Positions 38,701-53,700 of a stretch of 64,000 nt of DNA are shown piece after piece (the first letter of the stretch is position 1; each line of letters starts with the position of its first letter). A model generated the notes under the pieces. That model did no database searches. It was not told the DNA's origin and saw only the letters and a list, made by a program, of their open reading frames with translations. The DNA is taken from the NCBI GenBank assembly GCA_964057225.1, contig OZ059898.1:3720001-3784000 (forward strand), written 5' to 3'. Source of the stretch: Auanema rhodensis (lineage: Eukaryota > Animalia > Nematoda). The position numbers and the translations under genes are program-made.

Positions 38701-41700
38701 TTTTGTCAAAATGTTTTTGGAACCAATTTTGAGTGTACATGGAAATTCAACATACACAAATGCATCATTTTTCAAACGATCATAACTAATTTTTGTATTG
38801 AGCTTTTCTCAATGTAGTATAGTGCATTCGATGCGGATTTTCAAGCTGCGTCGATCTGTGTTATCTGATTTGCGCTAGCTTGAAAATGCACCGAGATATC
38901 AAATGATATAGGTTCACACTTATATCCTCGATTTTCACCCTGAAGAATTAATTTTTTCGTTGAATAACAATGTCCATCGTCTTTGTCTTGAAAAAAGGAA
39001 TCTAAAAACATCTACTTTTCATAAAATTATTTGGAAATTTTTCGGGAAAATTTTTGTCAAAATGTTTTTGGAACCAATTTTGAGTGTACATGGAAATTCA
39101 ACATACACAAATGCATCATTTTTCAAACGATCATAACTAATTTTTGTATTGAGCTTTTCTCAATGTAGTATAGTGCATTCGATGCGGATTTTCAAGCTGC
39201 GTCGATCTGTGTTATCTGATTTGCGCTAGCTTGAAAATGCACCGAGATATCAAATGATATAGGTTCACACTTATATCCTCGATTTTCACCCTGAAGAATT
39301 AATTTTTTCGTTGAATAACAATGTCCATCGTCTTTGTCTTGAAAAAAGGAATCTAAAAACATCTACTTTTCATAAAATTATTTGGAAATTTTTCGGGAAA
39401 ATTTTTGTCAAAATGTTTTTGGAACCAATTTTGAGTGTACATGGAAATTCAACATACACAAATGCATCATTTTTCAAACGATCATAACTAATTTTTGTAT
39501 TGAGCTTTTCTCAATGTAGTATAGTGCATTCGATGCGGATTTTCAAGCTGCGTCGATCTGTGTTATCTGATTTGCGCTAGCTTGAAAATGCACCGAGATA
39601 TCAAATGATATAGGTTCACACTTATATCCTCGATTTTCACCCTGAAGAATTAATTTTTTCGTTGAATAACAATGTCCATCGTGTTTGTCTTGAAAAAAGG
39701 AATCTAAAAACATCTACTTTTCATAAAATTATTTGGAAATTTTTGAGAAAATTTTTGTCAAAATGTTTTTGGAAGCAATTTTGAGTGTACATGGAAACTC
39801 AACATACAGTAATGCATCATTTTTCAAACGATCATAACTAATTTTTGAATTGAGCTTTTCTTAATGTAGTATAGTGCATTCGATGCGGATTTTTAAGCTG
39901 CGTCGATCTGTGTTATCTGATTTGCGCTAGCTTGAAAATGCACCGAGATATCAAATGATATAGGTTCACACTTATATCCTCGATTTTCACCCTGAAGAAT
40001 TAATTTTTTCGTTGAATAACAATGTCCATCGTCTTTGTCTTGAAAAAAGGAATCTAAAAACATCTACTTTTCATAAAATTATTTGGAAATTTTTCGGGAA
40101 AATTTTTGTCAAAATGTTTTTGGAACCAATTTTGAGTGTACATGGAAATTCAACATACACAAATGCATCATTTTTCAAACGATCATAACTAATTTTTGTA
40201 TTGAGCTTTTCTCAATGTAGTATAGTGCATTCGATGCGGATTTTCAAGCTGCGTCGATCTGTGTTATCTGATTTGCGCTAGCTTGAAAATGCACCGAGAT
40301 ATCAAATGATATAGGTTCACACGTATATCCTCGATTTTCACTCTGAAGAATTAATTTTTTCGTTGAATAACAATGTCCATCGTCTTTGTCTTGAAAAAAG
40401 GAATCTAAAAACATCTACTTTTCATAAAATTATTTGGAAATTTTTCGGGAAAATTTTTGTCAAAATGTTTTTGGAACCAATTTTGAGTGTACATGGAAAT
40501 TCAACATACAGTAATGCATCATTTTTCAAACGATCATAACTAATTTTTGTATTGAGCTTTTCTCAATGTAATATAGTGCATTCGATGCGGATTTTTAAGC
40601 TGCGTCGATCTGTGTTATCAGATTTGCGCTAGCTTGAAAATGCACCGAGATATCAAATGATATAGGTTCACACTTATATCCTCGATTTTCACCCTGAAGA
40701 ATTAATTTTTTCGTTGAATAACAATGTCCATCGTCTTTGTCTTGAAAAAAGGAATCTAAAAATATCTACTTTTCATAAAATTATTTGGAAATTTTTCGGG
40801 AAAATTTTTGTCAAAATGTTTTTGGAAGCAATTTTGAGTGTACATGGAAACTCAACATACAGTAATGCATCATTTTTCAAACGATCATAACTAATTTTTG
40901 AATTGAGCTTTTCTCAATGTAGTATAGTGCATTCGATGCGGATTTTCAAGCTGCGTCGATCTGTGTTATCTGATTTGCGCTAGCTTGAAAATGCACCGAG
41001 ATATCAAATGATATAGGTTCACACTTATATCCTCGATTTTCACCCTGAAGAATTAATTTTTTCGTTGAATAACAATGTCCATCGTCTTTGTCTTGAAAAA
41101 AGGAATCTAAAAACATCTACTTTATGTGAAATTATTTGGAAATTTTTCGAGAAAATTTTTGTCAAAATGTTTTTGGAAGCAATTTTGAGTGTACATGGAA
41201 ACTCTTTTTCAACTCAACATACAGTAATGCATCATTTTTCAAACGATCATAACTAATTTTTGTATTGAGCTTTTCTCAATGTAGTATAGTGCATTCGATG
41301 CGGATTTTTAAGCTGCGTCGATCTGTGTTATCAGATTTGCGCTAGCTTGAAAATGCACCGAGATATCAAATGATATAGGTTCACACGTATATCCTCGATT
41401 TTCACTCTGAAGAATTAATTTTTTCGTTGAATAACAATGTCCATCGTCTTTGTCTTGAAAAAAGGAATCTAAAAACATCTACTTTTCATAAAATTATTTG
41501 GAAATTTTTCGGGAAAATTTTTGTCAAAATGTTTTTGGAAGCAATTTTGAGTGTACATGGAAACTCTTTTTCAACTCAACATACAGTAATGCATCATTTT
41601 TCAAACGATCATAACTAATTTTTGTATTGAGCTTTTCTCAATGTAGTATAGTGCATTCGATGCGGATTTTTAAGCTGCGTCGATCTGTGTTATCAGATTT

Positions 41701-44700
41701 GCGCTAGCTTGAAAATGCACCGAGATATCAAATGATATAGGTTCACACTTATATCCTCGATTTTCACCCTGAAGAATTAATTTTTTCGTTGAATAACAAT
41801 GTCCATCGTCTTTGTCTTGAAAAAAGGAATCTAAAAATATCTACTTTTCATAAAATTATTTGGAAATTTTTCGGGAAAATTTTTGTCAAAATGTTTTTGG
41901 AAGCAATTTTGAGTGTACATGGAAACTCTTTTTCAACTCAACATACAGTAATGCATCATTTTTCAAACGATCATAACTAATTTTTGTATTGAGCTTTTCT
42001 TAATGTAGTATAGTGCATTCAATGCGGATTTTTAAGCTGCGTCGATCTGTGTTATCAGATTTGCGCTAGCTTGAAAATGCACCGAGATATCACATGATAT
42101 AGGTTCACACTTATATCCTCGATTTTCACCCTGAAGAATTAATTTTTTCGTTGAATAACACTGTCCATCGTCTTTGTCTTCAAAAAAGGAATCTAAAAAC
42201 ATCTACTTTTTATAAAATTATTTGGAAATTTTTCGAGAAAATTTTTGTCAAAATGTTTTTGGAAGCAATTTTGAGTGTACATGGAAACTCTTTTTCAACT
42301 CAACATACAGTAATGCATCATTTTTCAAACGATCATAACTAATTTTTGTATTGAGCTTTTCTCAATGTAGTATAGTGCATTCGATGCGGATTTTCAAGCT
42401 GCGTCGATCTGTGTTATCTGATTTGCGCTAGCTTGAAAATGCACCGAGATATCAAATGATATAGGTTCACACTTATATCCTCGATTTTCACCCTGAAGAA
42501 TTAATTTTTTCGTTGAATAACAATGTCCATCGTCTTTGTCTTGAAAAAAGGAATCTAAAAACATCTACTTTTCATAAAATTATTTGGAAATTTTTCGAGA
42601 AAATTTTTGTCAAAATGTTTTTGGAAGCAATTTTGAGTGTACATGGAAACTCAACATACACAAATGCATCATTTTTCAAACGATCATAACTAATTTTTGA
42701 ATTGAGCTTTTCTTAATGTAGTATAGTGCATTCGATGCGGATTTTTAAGCTGCGTCGATCTGTGTTATCAGATTTGCGCTAGCTTGAAAATGCACCGAGA
42801 TATCAAATGATATAGGTTCACACTTATATCCTCGATTTTCACCCTGAAGAATTAATTTTTTCGTTGAATAACAATGTCCATCGTCTTTGTCTTGAAAAAA
42901 GGAATCTAAAAACATCTACTTTTCATAAAATTATTTGGAAATTTTTCGAGAAAATTTTTGTCAAAATGTTTTTGGAACCAATTTTGAGTGTACATGGAAA
43001 TTCAACATACACAAATGCATCATTTTTCAAACGATCATAACTAATTTTTGAATTGAGCTTTTCTTAATGTAGTATAGTGCATTCGATGCGGATTTTTAAG
43101 CTGCGTCGATCTGTGTTATCTGATTTGCGCTAGCTTGAAAATGCACCGAGATATCAAATGATATAGGTTCACACTTATATCCTCGATTTTCACCCTGAAG
43201 AATTAATTTTTTCGTTGAATAACAATGTCCATCGTCTTTGTCTTGAAAAAAGGAATCTAAAAACATCTACTTTTCATAAAATTATTTGGAAATTTTTCGG
43301 GAAAATTTTTGTCAAAATGTTTTTGGAAGCAATTTTGAGTGTACATGGAAACTCAACATACAGTAATGCATCATTTTTCAAACGATCATAACTAATTTTT
43401 GTATTGAGCTTTTCTCAATGTAATATAGTGCATTCGATGCGGATTTTTAAGCTGCGTCGATCTGTGTTATCAGATTTGCGCTAGCTTGAAAATGCACCGA
43501 GATATCAAATGATATAGGTTCACACTTATATCCTCGATTTTCACCCTGAAGAATTAATTTTTTCGTTGAATAACAATGTCCATCGTCTTTGTCTTGAAAA
43601 AAGGAATCTAAAAACATCTACTTTTCATAAAATTATTTGGAAATTTTTCGGGAAAATTTTTGTCAAAATGTTTTTGGAACCAATTTTGAGTGTACATGGA
43701 AATTCAACATACAGTAATGCATCATTTTTCAAACGATCATAACTAATTTTTGTATTGAGCTTTTCTCAATGTAGTATAGTGCATTCGATGCGGATTTTCA
43801 AGCTGCGTCGATCTGTGTTATCTGATTTGCGCTAGCTTGAAAATGCACCGAGATATCAAATGATATAGGTTCACACTTATATCCTCGATTTTCACCCTGA
43901 AGAATTAATTTTTTCGTTGAATAACAATGTCCATCGTCTTTGTCTTGAAAAAAGGAATCTAAAAACATCTACTTTTCATAAAATTATTTGGAAATTTTTG
44001 AGAAAATTTTTGTCAAAATGTTTTTGGAAGCAATTTTGAGTGTACATGGAAACTCAACATACAGTAATGCATCATTTTTCAAACGATCATAACTAATTTT
44101 TGAATTGAGCTTTTCTTAATGTAGTATAGTGCATTCGATGCGGATTTTTAAGCTGCGTCGATCTGTGTTATCTGATTTGCGCTAGCTTGAAAATGCACCG
44201 AGATATCAAATGATATAGGTTCACACTTATATCCTCGATTTTCACCCTGAAGAATTAATTTTTTCGTTGAATAACAATGTCCATCGTCTTTGTCTTGAAA
44301 AAAGGAATCTAAAAACATCTACTTTTCATAAAATTATTTGGAAATTTTTGAGAAAATTTTTGTCAAAATGTTTTTGGAAGCAATTTTGAGTGTACATGGA
44401 AACTCAACATACAGTAATGCATCATTTTTCAAACGATCATAACTAATTTTTGAATTGAGCTTTTCTTAATGTAGTATAGTGCATTCGATGCGGATTTTTA
44501 AGCTGCGTCGATCTGTGTTATCTGATTTGCGCTAGCTTGAAAATGCACCGAGATATCAAATGATATAGGTTCACACGTATATCCTCGATTTTCACTCTGA
44601 AGAATTAATTTTTTCGTTGAATAACAATGTCCATCGTCTTTGTCTTGAAAAAAGGAATCTAAAAACATCTACTTTTCATAAAATTATTTGGAAATTTTTC

Positions 44701-47700
44701 GGGAAAATTTTTGTCAAAATGTTTTTGGAACCAATTTTGAGTGTACATGGAAATTCAACATACACAAATGCATCATTTTTCAAACGATCATAACTAATTT
44801 TTGTATTGAGCTTTTCTCAATGTAGTATAGTGCATTCGATGCGGATTTTCAAGCTGCGTCGATCTGTGTTATCTGATTTGCGCTAGCTTGAAAATGCACC
44901 GAGATATCAAATGATATAGGTTCACACGTATATCCTCGATTTTCACTCTGAAGAATTAATTTTTTCGTTGAATAACAATGTCCATCGTCTTTGTCTTGAA
45001 AAAAGGAATCTAAAAACATCTACTTTTCATAAAATTATTTGGAAATTTTTCGGGAAAATTTTTGTCAAAATGTTTTTGGAACCAATTTTGAGTGTACATG
45101 GAAATTCAACATACAGTAATGCATCATTTTTCAAACGATCATAACTAATTTTTGTATTGAGCTTTTCTCAATGTAATATAGTGCATTCGATGCGGATTTT
45201 TAAGCTGCGTCGATCTGTGTTATCAGATTTGCGCTAGCTTGAAAATGCACCGAGATATCAAATGATATAGGTTCACACTTATATCCTCGATTTTCACCCT
45301 GAAGAATTAATTTTTTCGTTGAATAACAATGTCCATCGTCTTTGTCTTGAAAAAAGGAATCTAAAAATATCTACTTTTCATAAAATTATTTGGAAATTTT
45401 TCGGGAAAATTTTTGTCAAAATGTTTTTGGAAGCAATTTTGAGTGTACATGGAAACTCAACATACAGTAATGCATCATTTTTCAAACGATCATAACTAAT
45501 TTTTGAATTGAGCTTTTCTCAATGTAGTATAGTGCATTCGATGCGGATTTTCAAGCTGCGTCGATCTGTGTTATCTGATTTGCGCTAGCTTGAAAATGCA
45601 CCGAGATATCAAATGATATAGGTTCACACTTATATCCTCGATTTTCACCCTGAAGAATTAATTTTTTCGTTGAATAACAATGTCCATCGTCTTTGTCTTG
45701 AAAAAAGGAATCTAAAAACATCTACTTTATGTGAAATTATTTGGAAATTTTTCGAGAAAATTTTTGTCAAAATGTTTTTGGAAGCAATTTTGAGTGTACA
45801 TGGAAACTCTTTTTCAACTCAACATACAGTAATGCATCATTTTTCAAACGATCATAACTAATTTTTGTATTGAGCTTTTCTCAATGTAGTATAGTGCATT
45901 CGATGCGGATTTTTAAGCTGCGTCGATCTGTGTTATCAGATTTGCGCTAGCTTGAAAATGCACCGAGATATCAAATGATATAGGTTCACACGTATATCCT
46001 CGATTTTCACTCTGAAGAATTAATTTTTTCGTTGAATAACAATGTCCATCGTCTTTGTCTTGAAAAAAGGAATCTAAAAACATCTACTTTTCATAAAATT
46101 ATTTGGAAATTTTTCGGGAAAATTTTTGTCAAAATGTTTTTGGAACCAATTTTGAGTGTACATGGAAATTCAACATACAGTAATGCATCATTTTTCAAAC
46201 GATCATAACTAATTTTTGTATTGAGCTTTTCTCAATGTAGTATAGTGCATTCGATGCGGATTTTTAAGCTGCGTCGATCTGTGTTATCAGATTTGCGCTA
46301 GCTTGAAAATGCACCGAGATATCAAATGATATAGGTTCACACTTATATCCTCGATTTTCACCCTGAAGAATTAATTTTTTCGTTGAATAACAATGTCCAT
46401 CGTCTTTGTCTTGAAAAAAGGAATCTAAAAATATCTACTTTTCATAAAATTATTTGGAAATTTTTCGGGAAAATTTTTGTCAAAATGTTTTTGGAAGCAA
46501 TTTTGAGTGTACATGGAAACTCTTTTTCAACTCAACATACAGTAATGCATCATTTTTCAAACGATCATAACTAATTTTTGTATTGAGCTTTTCTTAATGT
46601 AGTATAGTGCATTCAATGCGGATTTTTAAGCTGCGTCGATCTGTGTTATCAGATTTGCGCTAGCTTGAAAATGCACCGAGATATCACATGATATAGGTTC
46701 ACACTTATATCCTCGATTTTCACCCTGAAGAATTAATTTTTTCGTTGAATAACACTGTCCATCGTCTTTGTCTTCAAAAAAGGAATCTAAAAACATCTAC
46801 TTTTTATAAAATTATTTGGAAATTTTTCGAGAAAATTTTTGTCAAAATGTTTTTGGAAGCAATTTTGAGTGTACATGGAAACTCTTTTTCAACTCAACAT
46901 ACAGTAATGCATCATTTTTCAAACGATCATAACTAATTTTTGTATTGAGCTTTTCTCAATGTAGTATAGTGCATTCGATGCGGATTTTCAAGCTGCGTCG
47001 ATCTGTGTTATCTGATTTGCGCTAGCTTGAAAATGCACCGAGATATCAAATGATATAGGTTCACACTTATATCCTCGATTTTCACCCTGAAGAATTAATT
47101 TTTTCGTTGAATAACAATGTCCATCGTCTTTGTCTTGAAAAAAGGAATCTAAAAACATCTACTTTTCATAAAATTATTTGGAAATTTTTCGAGAAAATTT
47201 TTGTCAAAATGTTTTTGGAAGCAATTTTGAGTGTACATGGAAACTCTTTTTCAACTCAACATACAGTAATGCATCATTTTTCAAACGATCATAACTAATT
47301 TTTGTATTGAGCTTTTCTCAATGTAGTATAGTGCATTCGATGCGGATTTTCAAGCTGCGTCGATCTGTGTTATCTGATTTGCGCTAGCTTGAAAATGCAC
47401 CGAGATATCAAATGATATAGGTTCACACTTATATCCTCGATTTTCACCCTGAAGAATTAATTTTTTCGTTGAATAACAATGTCCATCGTCTTTGTCTTGA
47501 AAAAAGTAATCTAAAAACATCTACTTTTCATAAAATTATTTGGAAATTTTTCGAGAAAATTTTTGTCAAAATGTTTTTGGAAGCAATTTTGAGTGTACAT
47601 GGAAACTCTTTTTCAACTCAACATACAGTAATGCATCATTTTTCAAACGATCATAACTAATTTTTGAATTGAGCTTTTCTTAATGTAGTATAGTGCATTC

Positions 47701-50700
47701 GATGCGGATTTTTAAGCTGCGTCGATCTGTGTTATCTGATTTGCGCTAGCTTGAAAATGCACCGAGATATCAAATGATATAGGTTCACACTTATATCCTC
47801 GATTTTCACCCTGAAGAATTAATTTTTTCGTTGAATAACAATGTCCATCGTCTTTGTCTTAAAAAAAGGAATCTAAAAACATCTACTTTTCATAAAATTA
47901 TTTGGAAATTTTTCGAGAAAATTTTTGTCAAAATGTTTTTGGAACCAATTTTGAGTGTACATGGAAATTCAACATACACAAATGCATCATTTTTCAAACG
48001 ATCATAACTAATTTTTGAATTGAGCTTTTCTTAATGTAGTATAGTGCATTCGATGCGGATTTTTAAGCTGCGTCGATCTGTGTTATCTGATTTGCGCTAG
48101 CTTGAAAATGCACCGAGATATCAAATGATATAGGTTCACACTTATATCCTCGATTTTCACCCTGAAGAATTAATTTTTTCGTTGAATAACAATGTCCATC
48201 GTCTTTGTCTTGAAAAAAGGAATCTAAAAACATCTACTTTTCATAAAATTATTTGGAAATTTTTCGGGAAAATTTTTGTCAAAATGTTTTTGGAAGCAAT
48301 TTTGAGTGTACATGGAAACTCAACATACAGTAATGCATCATTTTTCAAACGATCATAACTAATTTTTGAATTGAGCTTTTCTCAATGTAGTATAGTGCAT
48401 TCGATGCGGATTTTCAAGCTGCGTCGATCTGTGTTATCTGATTTGCGCTAGCTTGAAAATGCACCGAGATATCAAATGATATAGGTTCACACTTATATCC
48501 TCGATTTTCACCCTGAAGAATTAATTTTTTCGTTGAATAACAATGTCCATCGTCTTTGTCTTGAAAAAAGGAATCTAAAAATATCTACTTTTTGTGAAAT
48601 TATCTGGAAATTTTTCGGGAAAATTTTTGTCAAAATGTTTTTGGAAGCAATTTTGAGTGTACATGGAAACTCAACATACAGTAATGCATCATTTTTCAAA
48701 CGATCATAACTAATTTTTGAATTGAGCTTTTCTCAATGTAGTATAGTGCATTCGATGCGGATTTTCAAGCTGCGTCGATCTGTGTTATCTGATTTGCGCT
48801 AGCTTGAAAATGCACCGAGATATCAAATGATATAGGTTCACACTTATATCCTCGATTTTCACCCTGAAGAATTAATTTTTTCGTTGAATAACAATGTCCA
48901 TCGTCTTTGTCTTGAAAAAAGGAATCTAAAAATATCTACTTTTTGTGAAATTATCTGGAAATTTTTCGGGAAAATTTTTGTCAAAATGTTTTTGGAACCA
49001 ATTTTGAGTGTACATGGAAATTCAACATACACAAATGCATCATTTTTCAAACGATCATAACTAATTTTTGTATTGAGCTTTTCTCAATGTAGTATAGTGC
49101 ATTCGATGCGGATTTTCAAGCTGCGTCGATCTGTGTTATCTGATTTGCGCTAGCTTGAAAATGCACCGAGATATCAAATGATATAGGTTCACACTTATAT
49201 CCTCGATTTTCACCCTGAAGAATTAATTTTTTCGTTGAATAACAATGTCCATCGTCTTTGTCTTGAAAAAAGGAATCTAAAAACATCTACTTTTCATAAA
49301 ATTATTTGGAAATTTTTCGGGAAAATTTTTGTCAAAATGTTTTTGGAACCAATTTTGAGTGTACATGGAAATTCAACATACAGTAATGCATCATTTTTCA
49401 AACGATCATAACTAATTTTTGTATTGAGCTTTTCTCAATGTAGTATAGTGCATTCGATGCGGATTTTCAAGCTGCGTCGATCTGTGTTATCTGATTTGCG
49501 CTAGCTTGAAAATGCACCGAGATATCAAATGATATAGGTTCACACTTATATCCTCGATTTTCACCCTGAAGAATTAATTTTTTCGTTGAATAACAATGTC
49601 CATCGTCTTTGTCTTGAAAAAAGGAATCTAAAAACATCTACTTTTCATAAAATTATCTGGAAATTTTTCGGGAAAATTTTTGTCAAAATGTTTTTGGAAC
49701 CAATTTTGAGTGTACATGGAAATTCAACATACACAAATGCATCATTTTTCAAACGATCATAACTAATTTTTGTATTGAGCTTTTCTCAATGTAGTATAGT
49801 GCATTCGATGCGGATTTTCAAGCTGCGTCGATCTGTGTTATCTGATTTGCGCTAGCTTGAAAATGCACCGAGATATCAAATGATATAGGTTCACACTTAT
49901 ATCCTCGATTTTCACCCTGAAGAATTAATTTTTTCGTTGAATAACAATGTCCATCGTCTTTGTCTTGAAAAAAGGAATCTAAAAACATCTACTTTTCATA
50001 AAATTATCTGGAAATTTTTCGGGAAAATTTTTGTCAAAATGTTTTTGGAACCAATTTTGAGTGTACATGGAAATTCAACATACAGTAATGCATCATTTTT
50101 CAAACGATCATAACTAATTTTTGTATTGAGCTTTTCTCAATGTAGTATAGTGCATTCGATGCGGATTTTCAAGCTGCGTCGATCTGTGTTATCTGATTTG
50201 CGCTAGCTTGAAAATGCACCGAGATATCAAATGATATAGGTTCACACTTATATCCTCGATTTTCACCCTGAAGAATTAATTTTTTCGTTGAATAACAATG
50301 TCCATCGTCTTTGTCTTGAAAAAAGGAATCTAAAAACATCTACTTTTCATAAAATTATTTGGAAATTTTTGAGAAAATTTTTGTCAAAATGTTTTTGGAA
50401 GCAATTTTGAGTGTACATGGAAACTCAACATACAGTAATGCATCATTTTTCAAACGATCATAACTAATTTTTGAATTGAGCTTTTCTTAATGTAGTATAG
50501 TGCATTCGATGCGGATTTTTAAGCTGCGTCGATCTGTGTTATCTGATTTGCGCTAGCTTGAAAATGCACCGAGATATCAAATGATATAGGTTCACACTTA
50601 TATCCTCGATTTTCACCCTGAAGAATTAATTTTTTCGTTGAATAACAATGTCCATCGTCTTTGTCTTGAAAAAAGGAATCTAAAAACATCTACTTTTCAT

Positions 50701-53700
50701 AAAATTATTTGGAAATTTTTGAGAAAATTTTTGTCAAAATGTTTTTGGAAGCAATTTTGAGTGTACATGGAAACTCAACATACAGTAATGCATCATTTTT
50801 CAAACGATCATAACTAATTTTTGAATTGAGCTTTTCTTAATGTAGTATAGTGCATTCGATGCGGATTTTCAAGCTGCGTCGATCTGTGTTATCTGATTTG
50901 CGCTAGCTTGAAAATGCACCGAGATATCAAATGATATAGGTTCACACGTATATCCTCGATTTTCACTCTGAAGAATTATTTTTTTCGTTGAATAACAATG
51001 TCCATCGTCTTTGTCTTGAAAAAAGGAATCTAAAAACATCTACTTTTCATAAAATTATTTGGAAATTTTTCGGGAAAATTTTTGTCAAAATGTTTTTGGA
51101 ACCAATTTTGAGTGTACATGGAAATTCAACATACACAAATGCATCATTTTTCAAACGATCATAACTAATTTTTGTATTGAGCTTTTCTCAATGTAGTATA
51201 GTGCATTCGATGCGGATTTTCAAGCTGCGTCGATCTGTGTTATCTGATTTGCGCTAGCTTGAAAATGCACCGAGATATCAAATGATATAGGTTCACACGT
51301 ATATCCTCGATTTTCACTCTGAAGAATTAATTTTTTCGTTGAATAACAATGTCCATCGTCTTTGTCTTGAAAAAAGGAATCTAAAAACATCTACTTTTCA
51401 TAAAATTATTTGGAAATTTTTCGGGAAAATTTTTGTCAAAATGTTTTTGGAACCAATTTTGAGTGTACATGGAAATTCAACATACAGTAATGCATCATTT
51501 TTCAAACGATCATAACTAATTTTTGTATTGAGCTTTTCTCAATGTAATATAGTGCATTCGATGCGGATTTTTAAGCTGCGTCGATCTGTGTTATCAGATT
51601 TGCGCTAGCTTGAAAATGCACCGAGATATCAAATGATATAGGTTCACACTTATATCCTCGATTTTCACCCTGAAGAATTAATTTTTTCGTTGAATAACAA
51701 TGTCCATCGTCTTTGTCTTGAAAAAAGGAATCTAAAAATATCTACTTTTCATAAAATTATTTGGAAATTTTTCGGGAAAATTTTTGTCAAAATGTTTTTG
51801 GAAGCAATTTTGAGTGTACATGGAAACTCAACATACAGTAATGCATCATTTTTCAAACGATCATAACTAATTTTTGAATTGAGCTTTTCTCAATGTAGTA
51901 TAGTGCATTCGATGCGGATTTTCAAGCTGCGTCGATCTGTGTTATCTGATTTGCGCTAGCTTGAAAATGCACCGAGATATCAAATGATATAGGTTCACAC
52001 TTATATCCTCGATTTTCACCCTGAAGAATTAATTTTTTCGTTGAATAACAATGTCCATCGTCTTTGTCTTGAAAAAAGGAATCTAAAAACATCTACTTTA
52101 TGTGAAATTATTTGGAAATTTTTCGAGAAAATTTTTGTCAAAATGTTTTTGGAAGCAATTTTGAGTGTACATGGAAACTCTTTTTCAACTCAACATACAG
52201 TAATGCATCATTTTTCAAACGATCATAACTAATTTTTGTATTGAGCTTTTCTCAATGTAGTATAGTGCATTCGATGCGGATTTTTAAGCTGCGTCGATCT
52301 GTGTTATCAGATTTGCGCTAGCTTGAAAATGCACCGAGATATCAAATGATATAGGTTCACACGTATATCCTCGATTTTCACTCTGAAGAATTAATTTTTT
52401 CGTTGAATAACAATGTCCATCGTCTTTGTCTTGAAAAAAGGAATCTAAAAACATCTACTTTTCATAAAATTATTTGGAAATTTTTCGGGAAAATTTTTGT
52501 CAAAATGTTTTTGGAACCAATTTTGAGTGTACATGGAAATTCAACATACAGTAATGCATCATTTTTCAAACGATCATAACTAATTTTTGTATTGAGCTTT
52601 TCTCAATGTAGTATAGTGCATTCGATGCGGATTTTTAAGCTGCGTCGATCTGTGTTATCAGATTTGCGCTAGCTTGAAAATGCACCGAGATATCAAATGA
52701 TATAGGTTCACACTTATATCCTCGATTTTCACCCTGAAGAATTAATTTTTTCGTTGAATAACAATGTCCATCGTCTTTGTCTTGAAAAAAGGAATCTAAA
52801 AATATCTACTTTTCATAAAATTATTTGGAAATTTTTCGGGAAAATTTTTGTCAAAATGTTTTTGGAAGCAATTTTGAGTGTACATGGAAACTCTTTTTCA
52901 ACTCAACATACAGTAATGCATCATTTTTCAAACGATCATAACTAATTTTTGTATTGAGCTTTTCTTAATGTAGTATAGTGCATTCAATGCGGATTTTTAA
53001 GCTGCGTCGATCTGTGTTATCAGATTTGCGCTAGCTTGAAAATGCACCGAGATATCACATGATATAGGTTCACACTTATATCCTCGATTTTCACCCTGAA
53101 GAATTAATTTTTTCGTTGAATAACACTGTCCATCGTCTTTGTCTTCAAAAAAGGAATCTAAAAACATCTACTTTTTATAAAATTATTTGGAAATTTTTCG
53201 AGAAAATTTTTGTCAAAATGTTTTTGGAAGCAATTTTGAGTGTACATGGAAACTCTTTTTCAACTCAACATACAGTAATGCATCATTTTTCAAACGATCA
53301 TAACTAATTTTTGTATTGAGCTTTTCTCATTGTAGTATAGTGCATTCGATGCGGATTTTCAAGCTGCGTCGATCTGTGTTATCTGATTTGCGCTAGCTTG
53401 AAAATGCACCGAGATATCAAATGATATAGGTTCACACTTATATCCTCGATTTTCACCCTGAAGAATTAATTTTTTCGTTGAATAACAATGTCCATCGTCT
53501 TTGTCTTGAAAAAAGGAATCTAAAAACATCTACTTTTCATAAAATTATTTGGAAATTTTTCGAGAAAATTTTTGTCAAAATGTTTTTGGAAGCAATTTTG
53601 AGTGTACATGGAAACTCAACATACACAAATGCATCATTTTTCAAACGATCATAACTAATTTTTGAATTGAGCTTTTCTTAATGTAGTATAGTGCATTCGA

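Noticed and set aside
202-49050. Repeated 63-aa and 75-aa minus-strand ORFs (MKNDALLY..., MYTQNCFQ...)
   Set aside because: They overlap the same repeat segment in other frames and appear or vanish with single SNPs or the indel. There is no sign of coding constraint.
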